Below the pieces are notes generated by a model. It made no database searches and was not told the DNA's origin. It worked only from the letters and a program-made list of their open reading frames with translations. The position numbers were made by a program, and so were the translations under genes. A DNA stretch of 53,204 bases, counting the filler, from Porpidia crustulata (Eukaryota), in assembly GCA_964255105.1 (NCBI GenBank). It is 4 parts of 4 records of this genome, joined end to end, with 100 filler letters (N's around TTAATTAATTAA, not from the genome) between each part and the next. Parts side by side here need not be neighbours in the genome. Positions count along the whole stretch, not along the records: positions 40,040 to 53,204 come from CAXUWE010000452.1; 3 more parts are not named here. The stretch is one strand, 5' to 3'. Below, in pieces: positions 47,195-53,204 of this stretch; the stretch's first letter is position 1; each line of letters opens with the position of its first letter.

Positions 47195-50100
47195 ATGGTG
47201 GTTCCTCCGTCGACTGGAGGGAATTCCTCGGTCTCTACCAGCGGCGGAGTCCATGTAACACCCTCAACGAGCAGCTTCCAAGTCAACCTTACGCACAATT
47301 CGAGTAATGGCGCATATCCGACTTATGCCCCTCACATCCCGTTCAGCGCCCGACGAGCCCCGCCCTTGGACATGTCGACTGTCGAGAGACGAGGGCACCC
47401 TTTGGCGGTGCGAGAAACAAACAAGAGAGTGCGCCCCCATGGTCTGCAAGATGCGCCGACATTCCGACCGACCGAGGAGGAATTCGCGGATCCGATGGAA
47501 TACATAAGGAAAATTGCACTGGAAGGCAGGAAGTATGGAATATGTAAAATAATACCACCGGAGAATTGGAAACCGGACTTTGCTATAGACACAGAGGTAC
47601 GGCGCGCAACCCGATGGCAGCAATAATTCTGAGAGTTGTAGAGCGAATTTGCGCGCAAGGCAGAATGCGAGCTGATACAAACCTAGAAATTCCACTTTCG
47701 GACACGACGCCAAGAATTAAATTCGGTAGAGGGAGGTGAGTCTGAGCCTTGATGTCAAGTTGCAAGGGCATATAGATGGAATATCTATGCATCCAGATCT
47801 AACATGGTGCAGGTACTCGGACAAACCTCAATTACCTGGATCAGTTGGCAAAATTTCACAAGCAGCATGGCATGAACCTCAATCGCTTTCCAAGTGTAGA
47901 TAAACGTCCGCTTGATTTATACAAATTGAAAAAGGCGGTCGAAACACGGGGTGGGTTTGAGAAAGTGTGCAAGCTGAAGAAATGGGCGGAAATTGGTCGT
48001 GATCTTGGTTACAGTGGGAAAATCATGTCATCACTGTCGACGTCGCTGAAGAACTCATACCAAAAATGGCTGCATCCATATGAGGAATACCTTCGTGTCG
48101 CCAAACCAGGCGTGCAACAACAGCTCGAGTTCGAGTATGGAGGGCCGTTCACTCCCTCATCAGCTGCTTCACCCTTGAAAAGATCGAACCAAAATACTCC
48201 GTCGGGTCTGCCAGACGATTCTCCAGCCCTACGAGCATCTGCGTCTCTTAATGCTTCTTTAAAAGACGCAGACGATCCTCTTGATCGTGGAACGCCCAAC
48301 ATCCCGCCAACGCAGCCGATGATCTTTTCCGGTTTCACCGCGGTCAATGCTGGCGGATTTACGCCCATCAATATGACTCCTGCTTCTTTCCAGGCAGCGA
48401 ATGTTTCCAACTCGTCACACAAACGAGATGTGGAAAGTGTTGCCTCTGCCACTAAGCCCCAGCATCAAAGTGAGATTTTCAAAGCCGCGCCAAAAGATGT
48501 ACCCGAGTACCGAAATAGTACCAATCACATAACCAATGGACATACTTCGAATCCTCTAAAGCGCACCATCAGCCATGAAAGCTTAAACGGAACATCTGGA
48601 ACTGATTCCATGGGCGCCGACGCTGACGATCAGAATGGTCGCCGAAGTAAACGCCTGAAAAAAGCTCCGACTGTTGTTGGCTCGCACATGAGTCTTCTCC
48701 GACCGTCAACACCGAGGATGCAAGCAGATCGTGGGATCTGCAAACCTGGGGAAATTTGCGAAGCTTGCGGGAAGAGTGAGGATCGCTCCTCACTCTTGAT
48801 ATGCGACGGCTGTGAAAATGGCTACCATCGATATTGTCTAGACCCACCAGTCAAAATACCGCTCGACTACGACTGGAATTGCCCCCGTTGTCTCGTCGGA
48901 ACCGGTGAATTTGGGTTTGAGGAAGGCGGTATATACTCTTTGCGACAATTCCAGGAGAAGGCCCACAACTTCAAAGAAAGCTATTTCTCGCCAAAGATGC
49001 CCTTCGATCCAGTGCTGAATTGCAAGCGAACGGTCACAGAAGACGATGTTGAGCGTGAATTCTGGAGGCTAGTTGAAAGCATCACAGAAATGGTTGAGGT
49101 AGAATATGGTGCTGATATACACTCGACCACGCACGGTAGCGGCTTTCCAACGATAGAAAAGAATCCATTAGACTCGTATTCGACAGATCTCTGGAATTTG
49201 AATATCCTTCCCCTCCATCCCGAGTCTCTTTTCCGGCATATCAAATCGGACATATCTGGTATGACCGTACCTTGGCTATATGTCGGGATGTGTTTTTCGA
49301 CTTTCTGCTGGCACAACGAAGATCATTATAGCTACTCTGCGAATTATCAACATTTTGGTGCCACCAAGACATGGTACGGTATACCTGGAGCCGACGCAGA
49401 GCGATTCGAAGCAGCAATGAAGCTGGCTGTACCCGAACTCTTTGAAACGCAGCCAGATCTACTTTTCCAGCTTGTGACGCTACTGCCGCCGGATCAGCTT
49501 AAAAAGGCCGGTGTCAATGTGTACGCACTGGATCAAAGAGCTGGCCAATTTGTCGTTACCTTTCCACAAGCGTATCACGCCGGTTTCAATCATGGTTTTA
49601 ACTTTAACGAAGCTGTGAACTTTGCTCCGCATGATTGGGAACCCTTTGGAGAAGCTGGCGTGAAGAGGCTGCAAGAATTCAGGAAGCAGCCTTGTTTCTC
49701 ACATGATGAGTTGCTCATGACCGCTTCAGGTAGGGACACAACTATCAAGACAGCTAAGTGGCTCGCTCCTGCGCTTCAGCGCCTGCGAGACCGAGAGTTC
49801 CAGCAGCGGCATGATTTTGCGAAGCGCCACAAGGAGTTCAACGATCATCAGTGCCTGATCGACTGTAAGCACGGAACACAAGGCAGTACACCATGTCAAC
49901 TTCATTTTGAATACGACGAACAAGATGTACCTGAAGCGGAGTACCAGTGCTGTTATTGCAAAGCTTACACTTTCCTCTCGCGCTTTCGATGTCAAACTAC
50001 CTCAAAGGTTTTGTGTCTTTTGCATGCTGGTAGCTACGAGTGTTGCAATGCCAGTGAAGAGCAGCGCTTTACAAGTCCGGACCATCATCTCACATATCGG

Positions 50101-52588
50101 TCGTCGGATATCGCGCTCAATACAATGGTGCAGAAGGTTATAGATCGTGCGAATATGCCGGAGGCATGGCAAGAAAAGCTGGATAAGGTCCTTGAAGATG
50201 AGGCGAAGCCGTCACTAAAGGTCCTAAGATCAATGGTGAGCGAAGGAGAACGGATACCGTATGATCTTCCTGGCCTTGCAGATCTGAAGATTTTTGTGAA
50301 TAAGTGCAACGAGTGGGTTGATGAAGCAACGAATTACATAACGCGTAAACAGCAAAACAGACGCAAAAATGACCGCGTGTGGCGAAAAGGTGCGAAGGCC
50401 GTTGAAATGGAAGAAAGGGATCGTGAACTTCGAAAGATAGAGAATATACACAAACTTTTGGCCACGGCAGAAGATATCTCTTTCGACTGCCCTGAGATTA
50501 CGACGCTGACAGAACGCTCCGAAGCTATAGCAATTTTCCAGCGTGACGCGAGGAACGCACTTATGAATCCGGGATTGAATTCAACACAAGATTTCGAGGA
50601 CCTCGCTGAATTAGGCAGAGGTTACAATGTAGACGTGCCAGAGGTCGAGAAACTCGAAAAAGTGGTTGAGCAGATGAAATGGAACGATGAAGCCCGAGAG
50701 AAACGAAAGTTGTTTCAGACACTAGACGATGTTGCAATATTAATCTCGCGGGGAACTGAGATCGGAATACCGGAGCACAACGAGTACATGCTACACTACA
50801 AGGAACAACAGTCACAAGGCGAGCTATGGGAAGCTAAAGCTAAGGAGCTCATCTCGGTTGAGGCTGTTCATTATCAACAACTTGAAGCTTTGTCAACGCA
50901 AGCAACGTCACTTCCCGTATCGCGTGAAACTCTGGCCGCAGTAGACGCAATATTGACGAAGCAGAGAGAGGCACAGCAGAAGATCATGTTAATGTATGAG
51001 AAGTGTAAAGATCCTGACCTCAGGAGGCGGCCAAAGTACAAGGACGTGCGAGATGTTCTCAATGGGCTGTCCGAGCTCAACAGTAAGCCAAACGGAACCA
51101 TAGATCTGGAAAAGGAGATTAAGCGCGTTGAAGATTGGATGCGTAAAGGAAAGAAACTTTTCGGCAAAGCCAACGCACCGCTCCATATCCTTCAGGTCCA
51201 TATGAACTTTGTGGCAGAGCACAACTCTTACTGTTTCGAATTATCGGACAAGCCAAGGATGCCAGTGGAGCCCGCATCAAGAGAAGTGTCGCCCGATGGT
51301 TCACAAAATGGTGAGGATATCAAGTCATCAAGGGATGTTTTCTGCATGTGTCGGCAATCGGAAGCTGGTATGATGATAGAATGCGAGCTGTGTCACGAAT
51401 GGTATGCTCGCAATTATTGTATCCACACATCAATCGTCAACTGACCATCATAGGTACCACGGGAAGTGCCTCAAGATTGCCCGAGGTAAAGTCAAGGAAG
51501 ATGACAAGTATACCTGCCCCATCTGTGACTGGCGCCTAAAAATCCCACGCGATGCAGCTCGTCCCAAGCTGGAAGATCTGCACAGCTGGCAAGCCGAGAT
51601 ACCTGATCTACCATTTCAACCAGAGGAGGAAGACATACTGGAAGAGATCATCAACACAGCCCAGAACTTTCGAGAATTCATGCGCCCATATACCAGCCCT
51701 GTAATGACTACGCCTGAGGAAGTGACTACACAGCGATTCTATCTGCGGAAGATCGAGGGAGCAGAGATTCTCTTGGCCTCTGAGACCAACTTCTTCCGCC
51801 AAGAGCTGCATAAATGGGCTCCCATTGCACCTGAGGCTCCGCCTGTGTTGCAAAGCTCTCTCTCCACCCGAAAGCCGCGCCCAACAAAGCAACAGAAAAT
51901 AATGACTCGATTAGGCATTGACGACCCGGAGAAACTTCCCCAGCAATATCGCACAAAGGCACATAGCTTCACTAAAGTACGTAATTCCAGCGACTCGCAC
52001 TCAAGCAGAAGCCATTATCTTCAGCCGGCGCCACAGCGTCGGACCCGATCCGATACACCCAACTCCGCATCAACCAGTAATGGAGCAGACACTCATACAC
52101 ATTCTCACCGACTCCCTGCACCCATGTCTTCGACACATACGGATCCTACCTATACGGCTTACTTCAATTCTCCTCAACATCCTCAACACCATCCTGGCTC
52201 GCCAGCCTTCCCCACAGGTCCTTATCATTCAAATCATCAGAGCCACAATCACCACTCCAGTTATTCAGAGTCTCCAGGATACCCACCACGTTCTCCCTTA
52301 AGTCGCGGATCAGGTGCGCCCCTCGACCCACATCTCTTCAGCCCTTCGAATCAACAGTTTGGGTCTCAGCTGCCGAGTCACAGTATGCTTAGTCCACCGC
52401 GCAATTCGTATGAAAATGACCCGTCAGGCCCCAGCTTGGACAACATATTCGCCGACTTCACTACTGATCCTGCGGACGATGGCACGGTGGGTAGAAACGA
52501 GATCGCCGACGCCATCGACGCCAGGGGCAGAGAGGAGGATGAAGCGCGGAATGGGAGGAGCTTGGTGGACGACTACCTCCGGGACTGA
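47195..52588 (+). CDS. KDM5: JARID1/KDM5-family H3K4 demethylase (JmjN, ARID, PHD, JmjC, C5HC2, PLU-1, PHD); Lid2/KdmB-like
   Basis: Exons 47195-47596, 47687-47735, 47813-51401 and 51454-52588. Jmj[57 protein letters not shown]; JmjC with intact Fe ligands WHNEDH and QAYHAGF; second [22 protein letters not shown]. Confidence 0.95.
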
Positions 52589-53204
52589 GACGAGATCCCA
52601 ATGCAGAGAAACAACACCATCAAAACGGAGCATCAGCGGGCAATGTACAGCTCTTTTATTTATTCATTTATGCTCGACTTCTTACTCTTCAAGAGCCAGC
52701 GAACCAAGGGGAGTTCCAGTCTTTCCTTTTTTCTCTTTCTCTTTTTTTATCAGCTATGAAAGTTATCCTCATGTCGGTTATGATATGAGATGTTTTTGTA
52801 CGCATAGATGGGCGGCTTTTGGGAGGTGTGCTTTATTGCTCGGAATTTACATGATGAGCCGGCTCTGCGCGAGCTCAGATGGCTGCTGAAGGGGGTTTTG
52901 AAACTTACGGGGCGGTGAGGGGTGGGATGAGCTTTTGTACTTTTATAGCGTGGCGGCTTTTTCGGGACGAGGAGATTATTTTTTATTCCCGCTCGTAAAT
53001 GGTAGAAAGGTTGAGATGAGTGATGCGTGATTGCGGTGATGACTTTGTGGTGATTGGTTTTGTGCTGTGGTTTGTGATGATGGGTGAGTGGAAGTGCATG
53101 AAGGAACGATCTTGCCCCGACCGCCTCGAATCTCCGCCGCCCTTGACTCTCACACGCCCTCGTTCATCTCACTCGCTCTTACGCACCGTCTTCCACATCT
53201 ACTC

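Noticed and set aside
1..53204. tRNA, rRNA, CRISPR arrays, transposase or RT genes, secondary-metabolite cluster
   Set aside because: I saw no cloverleaf/T-loop context, rRNA signature, repeat-spacer array, transposon ORF or PKS/NRPS by eye. Small ncRNAs cannot be excluded without a covariance-model search.

Overview
This is filamentous-ascomycete (Pezizomycotina) nuclear DNA with short GT-AG introns (mostly ~45-100 nt) and CTRAC/CTAAT branch sites. A lichen-forming lineage is possible but cannot be shown from the sequence. The window is not one locus. It is four contigs of 13288, 13253, 13198 and 13165 bp, in descending size order, joined by identical 100-nt N44-TTAATTAATTAA-N44 linkers, so gene adjacency across the linkers has no meaning. 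About 20 genes are present, mostly housekeeping: an Rpr2/Snm1-family gene, ORC6, URA2/pyrABCN, PEX5 (truncated), a 2-RRM protein, an S53 tripeptidyl peptidase, NUS1, SEC10 (truncated), a METTL25-like methyltransferase, TLG1, a fatty-acid elongase, an asparaginase-ankyrin protein, nmrA (truncated), CDC8, SLX1 and a KDM5 demethylase. Four things stand out. (1) An intronless gene fuses a HeLo cell-death domain to a CorA-type two-helix membrane module. (2) An otherwise intact 6.8-kb URA2 has an in-frame TAG at a highly conserved Tyr, inside a tight cluster of unusual substitutions. (3) A chimeric gene joins a Zn-ribbon, a Zn2Cys6 cluster, tandem repeats and a two-TM domain, suggesting a membrane-tethered transcription factor. 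(4) Polarised C-rich/G-rich high-GC patches override codon usage and coincide with contig breaks.
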